The notes: a model not told the origin generated them from the letters alone. Counted from the first letter of the stretch, positions 33,645 through 43,515 are shown. The stretch is 64,000 bases of DNA from an uncultured Gammaproteobacteria bacterium (GCA_963729605.1 CAVSNY010000007.1:1-64000), one strand, 5' to 3'. Translations and numbers: made by a program.

Positions 33645-34589
33645 ATGGACGTGCTGCAGCGCCGCGCTTATTTTTTATTACCCCTGCTGGTTGCCCTGCT
33701 GATGGCGGCGCCTTCGCAGGCCAAACAACTTTACAAATTCCAAGACGAGGACGGCCGCTGGCATTTCACCGATGTGGCGCCAGTCACCACTCAACCGGTG
33801 CAATCGCGCGCCGTGCGGGTTGCGCCGAAAGACAAGATCGTCGTCAGTAGCCGCGGACCGGACGCCGAACACGATCTCTATATTTACAATAGTTACTACG
33901 GACCGGTGGAGGTCATTCTCGATTTCACCCAGGTCCGCAACGTCGTCGCCCAACCCCCTTTGCCGCACCGCTTCGTCATCCCCCCGCGCCGGGAGATCCG
34001 CGCCGTGGGCCTCAAGGTCGCCGACAAGGGGCACGCCTTCGAATACAAGATCCAGGTCTCCCCGCTGTTGGGCGACTCCGCGGCGCAGCACGATCCGCAA
34101 ACCGCGTACCGCGTACCCTTCGATACCGGAAAGACCTTCACGGTCACTCAAGGTTTTTTCGGCGGCTACAGCCACAACACGCCTTACAGTGAATATGCCG
34201 TCGATATCGCCATGCCCGAAGGCACGCCGATCGTGGCCGCCCGCGGCGGCGTGGTGATGGACATCGAACGGGACTTCTTCGGCAACGGCCTGGACATGGA
34301 GAAATATGGCGCGCGCGCCAACAGCGTGCGCATCCTGCATGACGACGGCACCATGGCCGAATACGCCCATTTGAAATTGGAAAGCGTGCGGGTCATTCCC
34401 GGCGCGCGGGTGACGTCCGGCCAGCTGCTCGGCGAATCGGGCAATACCGGTTTCTCCAGCGGTCCCCATCTGCATTTCGCGATACATAAAAATCAGGGGA
34501 CGGCGACGCGCTCGCTGCCGTTTCAATTCCGCCTGCGCGACGGCGAGCTGGTAACGCCGCACACGGGGCTGAAGCTGACCGGTTATTAG
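33645..34589 (+). CDS. M23 family peptidase with DUF4124-like N-terminus
   Basis: Signal peptide, LYKFQDEDGRWHFTD, AVDIAMPEGTP, YAHL, SSGPHLHF. Confidence 0.9.
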   Translation: MDVLQRRAYFLLPLLVALLMAAPSQAKQLYKFQDEDGRWHFTDVAPVTTQPVQSRAVRVAPKDKIVVSSRGPDAEHDLYIYNSYYGPVEVILDFTQVRNVVAQPPLPHRFVIPPRREIRAVGLKVADKGHAFEYKIQVSPLLGDSAAQHDPQTAYRVPFDTGKTFTVTQGFFGGYSHNTPYSEYAVDIAMPEGTPIVAARGGVVMDIERDFFGNGLDMEKYGARANSVRILHDDGTMAEYAHLKLESVRVIPGARVTSGQLLGESGNTGFSSGPHLHFAIHKNQGTATRSLPFQFRLRDGELVTPHTGLKLTGY

Positions 34590-34617
34590 GCCACGGCCTT
34601 CCGCGGCCGGTTTTTCT
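34589..34617 (+). terminator. Putative intrinsic terminator
   Basis: GC-rich imperfect hairpin followed by T6 after the M23 stop. Confidence 0.45.
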
Positions 34618-34826
34618 TAAGAATTTCCGCTATCAATCTAAAATCGCGGACGCCAGCCTCAGAGAACGGAGAATTGGGATGTTGCGCATCGGGTGGATTC
34701 ACCTGTTGAGCGGCTTCGACCAGGACACACCATCATTGATTTTTCCTCCGTGAGCCTCCGTGGCTTAACTGCTTTCAGGATAAATAACCCAGTATATTAG
34801 TCGGTCAAAGGGCGCCAAAAAACGCA

Positions 34827-34872
34827 TTGACATTTTTTATCGCGGCCCATAATAATGTATCCACAATACATC
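34827..34872 (+). promoter_or_regulatory. sigma70 promoter with overlapping NsrR-type operator
   Basis: TTGACA at 34827; AATAAT -10; aATGTAT-ccaca-ATACATC (34854-34872) fits gATGYAT-N5-ATRCATc. Confidence 0.7.
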
Positions 34873-34906
34873 TTTGTTATACCGTCATTTCTAGCAGGAG
34901 GTTGTC

Positions 34907-35275
34907 ATGAGTCAAAGTCTTTATGAGCAGATCGGTGGAGAGGCGGCGGTGAACGCGGCGGTGGATATTTTTTATCGCAAGGTCTTGGCCGATGACCGCA
35001 TCAGTCGTTTCTTCGAAAGCGTGGACATGGAAAAACAAGCGGCCAAACAAAAGGGGTTTCTAACCTTCGCCTTCGGCGGCCCCCATCACTACACCGGCAA
35101 GGACATGCGCCAAGGCCACGCCCACTTGGTCAAACAAGGCCTGAATGACAGCCATTTCGATGCCGTGATGGAAAACCTGGCGGCCACTTTGCAAGAACTG
35201 AACGTGCCGCAAAACCTCATCGCCGAAATGGCCGCCATCGCGGAAAGCACCCGCAACGACGTGCTGGGCCGCTAG
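34907..35275 (+). CDS. glbN: Group I truncated hemoglobin (GlbN-like)
   Basis: SLYEQIGG, FY, AFGGP..YTGKDM..H, HFDAV. Confidence 0.93.
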   Translation: MSQSLYEQIGGEAAVNAAVDIFYRKVLADDRISRFFESVDMEKQAAKQKGFLTFAFGGPHHYTGKDMRQGHAHLVKQGLNDSHFDAVMENLAATLQELNVPQNLIAEMAAIAESTRNDVLGR

Positions 35276-35295
35276 GCCGCACCGGGGGCGACGCC

Positions 35296-36297
35296 GTGCC
35301 GCGTATTCGTTTCGAGCAACACACCTACGTTTTGGCCGATGACGAATCGGTGCTCGACGGTTTGACGCGGCACGGCGTCGCCGTCCCTTCTTCCTGCCGC
35401 AGCGGTATTTGCCAGACCTGTCTGATGCGCGCGGTGCACGGCGACGTGCCCGCGGCGGCGCAGCACGGCATCAAAGAAAGTCTGCGCGAACGCCGGTATT
35501 TCCTCGCCTGCTCGTGCAGGCCCACGGCCGACCTGGAAGTCGCCCTGCCCAGCGATGACGACGTCCCGCTCACCATGGCGGAGGTCATCGGCAAAGATCC
35601 GCTGAATGCCGACATCACCCGTTTCCGCCTGCGGGTACCGGCCGGTTTCGCGTATCGCGCCGGGCAATTCATCAATCTGCATCACCACGAACACGTGCGC
35701 AGTTATTCCCTCGCCAGCGTGCCGCAAACCGAGGATTATCTCGAGCTGCACGTCCAGCGCATCGACGCCGGCCGCGTGAGCGGCTGGCTGCATGACGAGT
35801 GCAAGTCGGGCGATCCACTCACCTTGCACGGTCCCTTCGGCGATGCTTATTACCGCAAAGGCGATCCCGACCAGGCCTTATTGCTGATCGGCACCGGCTC
35901 GGGCCTCGCGCCGCTGTGGGGCATCGCCCGCGACGCCTTGGCCCAAGGCCACCGCGGCGCCATCCATTTATTTCACGGCAGCCGCGCCGCCGCCGGACTC
36001 TATTTGGTGGACGAGCTGCGGGCGCTCGCGCAAGCCCATTCCAACTTCAGCTACACGCCCTGCGTTTCCGGCGGCGGGCCGGCGGAGAACGTCAGCGCGG
36101 GCCGGGCCAATGAAATCGCGCTGCAACAATTTCCACGACTGAAAGGCTGGCGGATCTTTTTGTGCGGCAACGCCGAGATGGTGAAGGGCGCCAAGAAAAA
36201 GGCCTTTCTGGCCGGCGCCGCCTTGCAAGACATTCACGCCGACCCCTTCGAATTCAGCGCAAAACCCGCCGCGAAAAACGCCGCCGCCCTGGCTTGA
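35296..36297 (+). CDS. 2Fe-2S ferredoxin/FAD-NAD(P)H reductase
   Basis: CRSGICQTC..C, RSYSLAS, GTGSGLAP, LCG. Confidence 0.92.
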   Translation: MPRIRFEQHTYVLADDESVLDGLTRHGVAVPSSCRSGICQTCLMRAVHGDVPAAAQHGIKESLRERRYFLACSCRPTADLEVALPSDDDVPLTMAEVIGKDPLNADITRFRLRVPAGFAYRAGQFINLHHHEHVRSYSLASVPQTEDYLELHVQRIDAGRVSGWLHDECKSGDPLTLHGPFGDAYYRKGDPDQALLLIGTGSGLAPLWGIARDALAQGHRGAIHLFHGSRAAAGLYLVDELRALAQAHSNFSYTPCVSGGGPAENVSAGRANEIALQQFPRLKGWRIFLCGNAEMVKGAKKKAFLAGAALQDIHADPFEFSAKPAAKNAAALA

Positions 36298-36422
36298 GCC
36301 GCGCGGCCCCGGCCTTAAACTGCGCGGCTGAAACATGAGTTCGTAGGCCGGCGTCCGCGCGTGCGATTTTGATTATCCCGCTCCACGAGAAGATGGCTCA
36401 TCGGCCAGCGCGGCCACGCCGA

Positions 36423-36956
36423 TCACGTCCCGTCGAAAAACGCCGCCTCGTCTTCGCTCAAGACGCCGGCCGGCGGGGACGGTTTCAGCGCCGCGGGCGC
36501 CGCGCGCCGCTCGTGGTTTGCCGCGACCCGGATCTTATCCAACAACAAACCGTATTCCCCTTTCACTTGCACGACGCGGAAGGTGTAAATCATCACGTCG
36601 GCGAGCGCCGCCAACCAGGTCCGCGCACCCGGCGGGGACTGCGGCGCCAGGGCGATCAAGCGCACGGGAAGCACCGCTTCGCGCAAAGCGGGATACAGGC
36701 GATACAACCAGGGTTCTTGTTGCGCCACCATGTCCGCCGCCCGCAATCCCGCCAGCAACACCGCGGCGGGGTCGGCGCCCATACTCACCAGGGTGGGACG
36801 CCGCGCGGCGTCCAGCGCCAGCAGCACGTCGCCCGGCACGGGGAAGGCATCATCCAGTAAATGGTGGTCGCCGATCAGTCCCGGCAGGGTTTCCATGGCC
36901 AGTCTTTTCAATATATCCGGCGTTACGTTCGCGATTGAGACGATGATCAAGCTCAT
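36423..36956 (-). CDS. Hypothetical protein (third gene of the ParA-CBM48 operon)
   Basis: SD GGGGG then ATG; coding-like; C-terminal LSEDEAAFF. Confidence 0.75.
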   Translation of the reverse strand: MSLIIVSIANVTPDILKRLAMETLPGLIGDHHLLDDAFPVPGDVLLALDAARRPTLVSMGADPAAVLLAGLRAADMVAQQEPWLYRLYPALREAVLPVRLIALAPQSPPGARTWLAALADVMIYTFRVVQVKGEYGLLLDKIRVAANHERRAAPAALKPSPPAGVLSEDEAAFFDGT

Positions 36957-37698
36957 AAGGCCCCCGCTTGGAATTATTGTGTGGGCCATCCTCCCGGCCC
37001 TTGCCGGCTTCCATGCGGGCTTCGCGCGCCAGGCGCAGAAAATGATTGAACGCGGTCAGGGCGATCCGTCCCGGCGCTTCGCCCAGGCCGTTCTCGAGCT
37101 CCACTATCCGCAGGCTGATCCCCAGAAAACGCGCACCGCCCTCCACCAGTTTTTCGGCGTATTGCCGCCGTTGGTTTTTATGTTCGGTCAAACACGCGAT
37201 CGCTAAACTCTCCGGCCGCGACACCGCCTTGATCCGCACATAGGTCCGCCGCAAGGCGTCCGCGCCCGGCAGCAACACGAAGAGGGCGCACGCGCAATAA
37301 TGCAAGAGGCCGGCGGACAAACGCGGCACGGGGAGCAGACAGCAGTGCGGAATCTTGCCGCGCTCGCCGAATACCTGTTCCAAACGCCGCCCGACCGCGG
37401 CCTCGTCATACCAATCATCCGCCCGCGTCATCGGCAAGACCAGGCGGCCGTCGTCGTCGGCCGGCGCCGGCCCATCCTCGCGGCGGCGGGACACGGCCAG
37501 CTCGATCACGTCGACGCCCTGGGCGCGGAGGGCGAGACGCAAACGCCTCGCCACCCCGTATTCCTCCGCGTCCGCGCAGCACACCGGCAACAGCACGGTC
37601 TGCGGCGGTCCCTCGCCGCGCTCGCTCAAAAAATAATGGCTGATCCGCCGCAGTCCCTCGCGGCCGTCGACCGGCGGGTCGAGGCCGGACCGCGGCAT
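36850..37698 (-). CDS. Hypothetical protein, possible degenerate MinD/FlhG-like fold
   Basis: Start overlaps the ParA stop (TGATG); DALRRTYVRIK and ARFLGISL recall the FlhG C-half; no Walker A. Confidence 0.7.
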   Translation of the reverse strand: MPRSGLDPPVDGREGLRRISHYFLSERGEGPPQTVLLPVCCADAEEYGVARRLRLALRAQGVDVIELAVSRRREDGPAPADDDGRLVLPMTRADDWYDEAAVGRRLEQVFGERGKIPHCCLLPVPRLSAGLLHYCACALFVLLPGADALRRTYVRIKAVSRPESLAIACLTEHKNQRRQYAEKLVEGGARFLGISLRIVELENGLGEAPGRIALTAFNHFLRLAREARMEAGKGREDGPHNNSKRGPYELDHRLNRERNAGYIEKTGHGNPAGTDRRPPFTG

Positions 37699-38798
37699 CA
37701 GCGCAGGACCCGCAACAGCGAATTGCTGCCGCCGAAGCTATTGGGCACCCGCATGGGATTGGCTGGGTCTTCCTGCCATTTGCCGCCGATGATGACCCGG
37801 TATTGATAGGCGCCGGGCGAGACCTTTAACACCTTTTGTATGGTGTCGTTGACGGTGCGGGTTTCCACCTCGTGATCGGGAATCCAGCCGTTGAAGTCAC
37901 CGGCGATCTGCATGTCCTTATTGATCAAATGATGGTAACTCAGCACCACCCGCCGCTCCCGGCCGTTTTCCATGCTCTCGCTGAAGGTCATGCCGGGCAC
38001 CCGCTGCATGCCGATCTCCGCGGTCTCGCGCCCGCGCCGCGGCGGCAGATCATGGCCGGTCAGCCATTCCACCAGTTCGGCGAAATCCTCGGCGGCGGCG
38101 GTGCGCGGCGCGTGATCGAGGAGCGGCCGGCCGAGATAGGCGGCCTCTTTCACCTTGACGGTGGATCGCACCCGCAGCGGGGTGACCTCGCGGGGCCAGC
38201 GCTCCTCGAGTTCCGCCAGCAGACGCCGGGTGATGCGGGAACGCAGATCGACCAGACTGGGCAGCAGATCGATCCGGATATCCAAATCATAACGGTCGCT
38301 CACCAGGTCGATGGTTTCCCGCAGCCGCGCCACGCCGTCCAAGGCATAAGGACTCAGGTCCACCGGGATCAACACCCGCGTGGCGGCGCGCAGCGCGTTG
38401 ATGGACAACATACCCAGGCCGGGCGGACAGTCGATGATGATGTGGTCGTAATAATTCGCCACCGGCTCCAATTGCTTGAGCAAGGTCTTTTCCCGTTCCG
38501 GTTTGGCCGCCAGCAGGTGTTCCACCCCCGCCAGGGTTATCGCCCCCGGAATCAGATCCACACCCGGCACCACCTTGTAAAAGATGACGTCCATCAGGGA
38601 CGCCGATCCCGCGAACACCTCATACAAACCCGGCAGCGCCGCGGCCGGTATCCCCAGCCCCAGGGACGCATGGCCTTGCGCGTCCATATCGATGAGCAAT
38701 ACCCGCAAACCCTTGCGTCCCAAACCGGCGGCCAGATTGATGGCCGTGGTGGTTTTGCCGCACCCGCCTTTTTGATTGGCGATCGCTATCACATTCAT
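37698..38798 (-). CDS. ParA/Soj ATPase fused to C-terminal AMPK-beta-like CBM48 glycogen-binding domain
   Basis: NQKGGCGKTT, IDMDAQG, IDCPP; C-terminal AGDFNGW..PGAYQYRVIIGGKWQEDPANP..FGGSNS; SD GGAGG. Confidence 0.9.
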   Translation of the reverse strand: MNVIAIANQKGGCGKTTTAINLAAGLGRKGLRVLLIDMDAQGHASLGLGIPAAALPGLYEVFAGSASLMDVIFYKVVPGVDLIPGAITLAGVEHLLAAKPEREKTLLKQLEPVANYYDHIIIDCPPGLGMLSINALRAATRVLIPVDLSPYALDGVARLRETIDLVSDRYDLDIRIDLLPSLVDLRSRITRRLLAELEERWPREVTPLRVRSTVKVKEAAYLGRPLLDHAPRTAAAEDFAELVEWLTGHDLPPRRGRETAEIGMQRVPGMTFSESMENGRERRVVLSYHHLINKDMQIAGDFNGWIPDHEVETRTVNDTIQKVLKVSPGAYQYRVIIGGKWQEDPANPMRVPNSFGGSNSLLRVLR

Positions 38799-39391
38799 AC
38801 ACTGTCCTCCGTTAGCAGAGCCCACACGGCGTGACGCCGCATCCTCAGGTATGAAGGCATCCCTGCCCATTGCCGCCACGGCGCGTCCCGCCGCGTTGTG
38901 CCGCCCCATGCCCCGGCCCATGACGGCGGCACCGCGAATGCGACAGTTTTTGCCCGTCCTTGCAACGGGACTGAAGAGGGCAACCGTCTTCACCGTCTCG
39001 TGACGTCATGTAATGGCGCGCACGCCCGCTCCGTCCCAAATCGGCGAGCCGGTCGTAAACGGCATGCGGCGGATTTGCAACCGGCGACCTCGCCGGCGCC
39101 GAGGACGTGCTCGGTCAGGGCGGGCATTCGCATCCAACAGGAGAAGGGAAACCAGACGGGGAGATCAAAGGAATCGGCGACGGAGGGGATGAAACCTCCC
39201 TTCCGGCGGCCTGAGGACGGCCGGCGCCGGATAAATTCAAGCGAGCTTCACTAGGGCGGAGCGAGCTTCCCGCGGCAACCATACCACCCCCTTTGCCGGG
39301 AGGCATTTTTAACGCTTAAGTAAAGTTGCCGAACCAGGGCTTGTCAAGCCGCGGGCGAGTGCGCCGCCGTTTCGTGCCGCATCGCTCGTGA

Positions 39392-41404
39392 TCAACTCGA
39401 ACCCAGAAAATTCCGCAGATTGGCGAGATGGGCCTGACCGCGCTCCTGGCGTTTTTCGGGATCGGCCTGGCGGTCGCCGCCTTCCCACTGCAAATCATCG
39501 GCGGGCAGCTCCGCCAAAAACCGGCTGGGCTCGCGTGGCAGCATGTCGGCGCCGCGTTTGCGTTTGGCGGCGATGGTGAAGGTCAAGGTCTTGCGCGCGC
39601 GGGTGATGCCCACATAGGCGAGCCGCCGTTCTTCCTCGAGCTTGCCTTCCTCGACGCTGCTGCGGTGCGGCAGACACTCCTCCTCCATCCCCACCAGAAA
39701 CACATGGGGAAACTCCAGCCCCTTGGCGGCGTGCAGGGTGAGCAGATGCACGTTGTCGGTCTGGGCGTCCTCTTCGTTGCGCTCCAGGATATCCATCAGG
39801 CTCATGTGCGCCACCAGCTCGGCGAGGGTTTTCTCCTCGGTGTTTTGTTCGGCGATGCGCTGCATCCAGGCCACCAGCTCCCAGACGTTGGCGATGCGCT
39901 TCTCGGCGGCGCGATCGTCCTTGGAATTGTCGCGCAGCCATTGTTCGTAGCCGCTGCCGGCGATCATCTCCCGCACCACCGCGATGGGATCGCCGCGCCG
40001 GCCGCGGTCGCCGAGATCGGTCAGCCAGTTGGCGAAATAGTCGAGGCGATCGGCGGCGCGCTCCGACAAGTGCTGGCGCAGTCCCAGCTCGAAGCAGGCG
40101 GCGAATAAACTGACGCCGCGCGCGCTGGCATAGTCCGCCAGCTTTTCCAAGGTGGTTGGACCGATCTCGCGGCGCGGCACGTTGACCACCCGCAAAAACG
40201 CGCTGTCGTCCTCGGGGTTGATCAGCAAACGCAGGTAAGCCATCAGGTCGCGCACCTCGCTGTGGGCGAAGAACGAGGTGCCGCCGCTCAAATAATAGGG
40301 GATGCGCTGCTCGCGCAAGGCCTTTTCGAACAGGCGCGACTGATGATTGCCGCGATAAAGAATCGCGTAGTCGCGGTAGTCGGTGCGGTGTTTGAATTTG
40401 TGGCTGAGAATTTCCGAGATCACCGTCTCGGCCTCGTGTTCGTCGCTGCGGGTCTCGATGACCCGCAGCGGATCGCCGTAGCCCAGCTCGCTCCACAATT
40501 TTTTCTCGAAGAGGTGGGGATTGTTGGCGATCAGCGCGTTGGCGGCCTTGAGGATGCGGCCGCTGGAGCGGTAATTCTGCTCCAGCTTGATCACCTTCAA
40601 GCCGGGAAAATCCTCCTGCAGCAGCGCGAGATTTTCCGGTGCCGCGCCGCGCCAGGCGTAGATCGATTGATCGTCGTCGCCGACCACGGTGAGCGCACCG
40701 CGCACCCCCACCAGGGAACGCACCATATGATATTGGCTGGCGTTGGTGTCCTGGTATTCGTCCACCAGCAGATAACGGATGCGGTTCTGCCAGGCGCCGA
40801 GGATATCCGGCTGTTCGCGGAACAGCAGCGCAGGCAGCAAAATCAAGTCATCGAAATCGACGGCGTTATAGGCCCGCAAATGCCGCTGATACTGCGCGTA
40901 GACGCTGGCCGCCAACACCTGCGCCGCGTCGCCGTCGGCCGCGGCGAGCGCCTGCTCGGGGTCGAGCAGCAGGCCTTTCCAGCGCGAGATCTGCCACTGG
41001 ATATTATTCACCTGGCTGTCGTCGTTGAACTCGCGGCGCAGCAGCTCGCGCACCAGGCCCGCGCTGTCGCCGGCGTCGAAAATCGAAAAGCCGGCGCGGT
41101 AGCCCAGCGCCGCCAGCTCGCGGCGGATGATGTTCAAACCCAGGGTGTGAAAGGTCGAGACCTGCAAACCCTTGGCCTCCTTGCCGCCCAGCAGTTCGCC
41201 GACCCGGCCCTTCATCTCGCGCGCCGCCTTGTTGGTGAAGGTGACCGCCGCGATGTGGCGCGCCTCGATGCCGCATTCCTTGATGAGATAGGCGATCTTC
41301 TGGGTGATGACGCGGGTCTTGCCGCTGCCGGCGCCCGCCAGCACCAGCAGGGGGCCGTCGAGATAACGCACCGCGGCGCGTTGAGCGGGATTCAAGCCGG
41401 ACAT
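39392..41404 (-). CDS. rep: ATP-dependent DNA helicase Rep
   Basis: AGAGSGKT, VDEYQDTN, ILYRGNHQSR, TLHAAKGLEF, EERRLAYVGITRA. Confidence 0.95.
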   Translation of the reverse strand: MSGLNPAQRAAVRYLDGPLLVLAGAGSGKTRVITQKIAYLIKECGIEARHIAAVTFTNKAAREMKGRVGELLGGKEAKGLQVSTFHTLGLNIIRRELAALGYRAGFSIFDAGDSAGLVRELLRREFNDDSQVNNIQWQISRWKGLLLDPEQALAAADGDAAQVLAASVYAQYQRHLRAYNAVDFDDLILLPALLFREQPDILGAWQNRIRYLLVDEYQDTNASQYHMVRSLVGVRGALTVVGDDDQSIYAWRGAAPENLALLQEDFPGLKVIKLEQNYRSSGRILKAANALIANNPHLFEKKLWSELGYGDPLRVIETRSDEHEAETVISEILSHKFKHRTDYRDYAILYRGNHQSRLFEKALREQRIPYYLSGGTSFFAHSEVRDLMAYLRLLINPEDDSAFLRVVNVPRREIGPTTLEKLADYASARGVSLFAACFELGLRQHLSERAADRLDYFANWLTDLGDRGRRGDPIAVVREMIAGSGYEQWLRDNSKDDRAAEKRIANVWELVAWMQRIAEQNTEEKTLAELVAHMSLMDILERNEEDAQTDNVHLLTLHAAKGLEFPHVFLVGMEEECLPHRSSVEEGKLEEERRLAYVGITRARKTLTFTIAAKRKRGADMLPREPSRFLAELPADDLQWEGGDRQADPEKRQERGQAHLANLRNFLGSS

Positions 41405-41789
41405 GATTTTGACCTACGCTACCACTGCAAATGAGGCGCCATTTTCCGCAAAGTTGGAGTGGCGCCAGGGGCCTGCATTGTACCTGAATTGACGCCGTAG
41501 CCTGCGGCCAAGTGGCGGTCTCGGCCATCGGCGCCGCCGCTGGTTCGTCAGGGCTGAAATCGCCTTGACAAGACGGCGATTTGTCTACAACCGGAAGGTA
41601 ATCGGGCACTCATGATGACCTTGTCAACGCGCCCGCGGGTCGAGATACAAATTATTTATCTCGTTATGGCGCCGCCCCATCTCCGCGTAAAAATTGCCCG
41701 GACTTGAAAAGTATGCATAAACGTATCGCGGCGATTATCCGCGCGTTCCGTAATTGCTTAAACCTAATACAAAAAAATTTTCGGTACGG

Positions 41790-41805
41790 TGGCATGGAAA
41801 CTGCC
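41790..41805 (+). promoter_or_regulatory. sigma54 (-24/-12) promoter
   Basis: TGGCATGGAAACTGC (GG-N10-GC), about 60 nt upstream of the ATG at 41865. Confidence 0.55.
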
Positions 41806-41864
41806 TTTACTTATTATTCGCGTAAATTGCCAAATCCACTGTACTCCACGGAGGGCGAGACATC

Positions 41865-43397
41865 ATGGAAGAAAAAATCCATTTCTCTGTATGGAAAAAT
41901 ACCGCGCCGCGCGTAACGTATCCCGCATTGACTGACGACGTGCAAGTGGATGTTTGCGTCGTCGGTGCCGGCATTGTCGGCATCACCACCGCCTATTTGT
42001 TATTACGCGAAGGCAAATCCGTGGTCGTGCTGGATGACGGTCCGGTAGGCTGGGGTGAAACCGGCCATACCACCGGCCATTTATGCACCCTAATCGATGA
42101 CCGGTATTTTCATTTGGCCGAGGTCCACGGCGAAGACCAGGCGAAACTCGTGGCGGAAAGCCACATCGCGGCCATCGATCTCATCGAGTCGATCATCCAG
42201 CAGGAAAATATCGACTGCGATTTCGAACGCCTCGATGGTTATTTATTCGTACTTAAAGGTGATTCAACGGAGCCGCTTAAAAAAGAGCTGATTGCCGCCC
42301 GCAGCGCCGGTCTGCAAGTCGAATGGGTGGAGCGCGCGCCCTTTCGGCACTTCGAAACAGGGCCGGCTCTACGCTGCTCCCGTCAAGCACAGTTTCATTC
42401 ATTGAAATATCTAACGGCGCTCAGCGGACTCATCGGCCGGTTGAGTGGAACCCTATACACCGGGACTCACGTGGACAGCGTGAAAAAAGGCCTGCCCGCG
42501 CAAGTGGTCGCCGCCACCGGCGCGGTGGTGACAGCCGATGCCGTGGTGATTGCCACCAACGTACCGATGATCGATCGCGTCGCCATGCATACCAAGCAGG
42601 AGGCTTATCGCACTTACGTCATCGGCGGACCGATCGATTCCGGCGAATTGGAAAAAGCCTTGTATTGGGACACGCTCGATCCTTACCACTACGTGCGTTT
42701 ACAGCGGACGGACGAGCAGGGCGGCGAGCGGTGGATGCTCTTGATCGGCGGCGAGGACCACAAGACCGGACAAGGCGAAAATGAGCGAGAGCACTTCGAA
42801 CGGCTCGAGGCGTGGGCGCGTCAACGCTTTCCTTCTCTGGGCGACATCGAATATCGCTGGGCCGGGCAAATCATCGAACCGCTGGACGGCCTGGCTTTCA
42901 TCGGCCGTAATCCCGGCGACGACAACATTTATATCGCGACCGGCGATTCCGGCAACGGGCTCACTCACGGAACCATTGCCGCGCTGATGTTCCGCGACCT
43001 TATCTTCGGCCGCGATAATCCTTGGCGGAAACTGTACGATCCGTCCCGCAAGATCACCGGCGAGATTAAGGAATATCTCCGCACCAGTCTCAACGTAATG
43101 AATCAATACGCGGACTACGTCACCCCGGGCGATGTGGATTCGACGGACGACATCGCGCCGGGCACCGGTGCGGTAGTCCGCGAGGGACTGCGAAAATTAG
43201 CGGTCTATCGCGATGAACATGGCTTTCTGCACAAGCACTCGGCGGTATGCCCGCATCTCGGCTGCCTGGTAAGATGGAATAACGCCGATCATTCCTGGGA
43301 TTGCCCTTGCCACGGATCCCGCTTTGAAGCCACCGGCAAACTGCTCAACGGCCCGGCCAACAAAGATTTGGAAACCATCTCGAAACATGGACGTTGA
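41865..43397 (+). CDS. FAD-dependent oxidoreductase with C-terminal Rieske domain (YhfW-like)
   Basis: GAGIVG, CPHLGC..WDCPCHGSRF. Confidence 0.92.
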   Translation: MEEKIHFSVWKNTAPRVTYPALTDDVQVDVCVVGAGIVGITTAYLLLREGKSVVVLDDGPVGWGETGHTTGHLCTLIDDRYFHLAEVHGEDQAKLVAESHIAAIDLIESIIQQENIDCDFERLDGYLFVLKGDSTEPLKKELIAARSAGLQVEWVERAPFRHFETGPALRCSRQAQFHSLKYLTALSGLIGRLSGTLYTGTHVDSVKKGLPAQVVAATGAVVTADAVVIATNVPMIDRVAMHTKQEAYRTYVIGGPIDSGELEKALYWDTLDPYHYVRLQRTDEQGGERWMLLIGGEDHKTGQGENEREHFERLEAWARQRFPSLGDIEYRWAGQIIEPLDGLAFIGRNPGDDNIYIATGDSGNGLTHGTIAALMFRDLIFGRDNPWRKLYDPSRKITGEIKEYLRTSLNVMNQYADYVTPGDVDSTDDIAPGTGAVVREGLRKLAVYRDEHGFLHKHSAVCPHLGCLVRWNNADHSWDCPCHGSRFEATGKLLNGPANKDLETISKHGR

Positions 43398-43515
43398 CAT
43401 CGGCGCGGGGCTTCGAACCTACACGGGGCAGGGAGCCGCTGAAGCGTACCTCGACCGACGCTTGAATACCGAGACACGCATCCTCTTTGCTTATAGAGGC
43501 CGGTATTAAGGCGAA

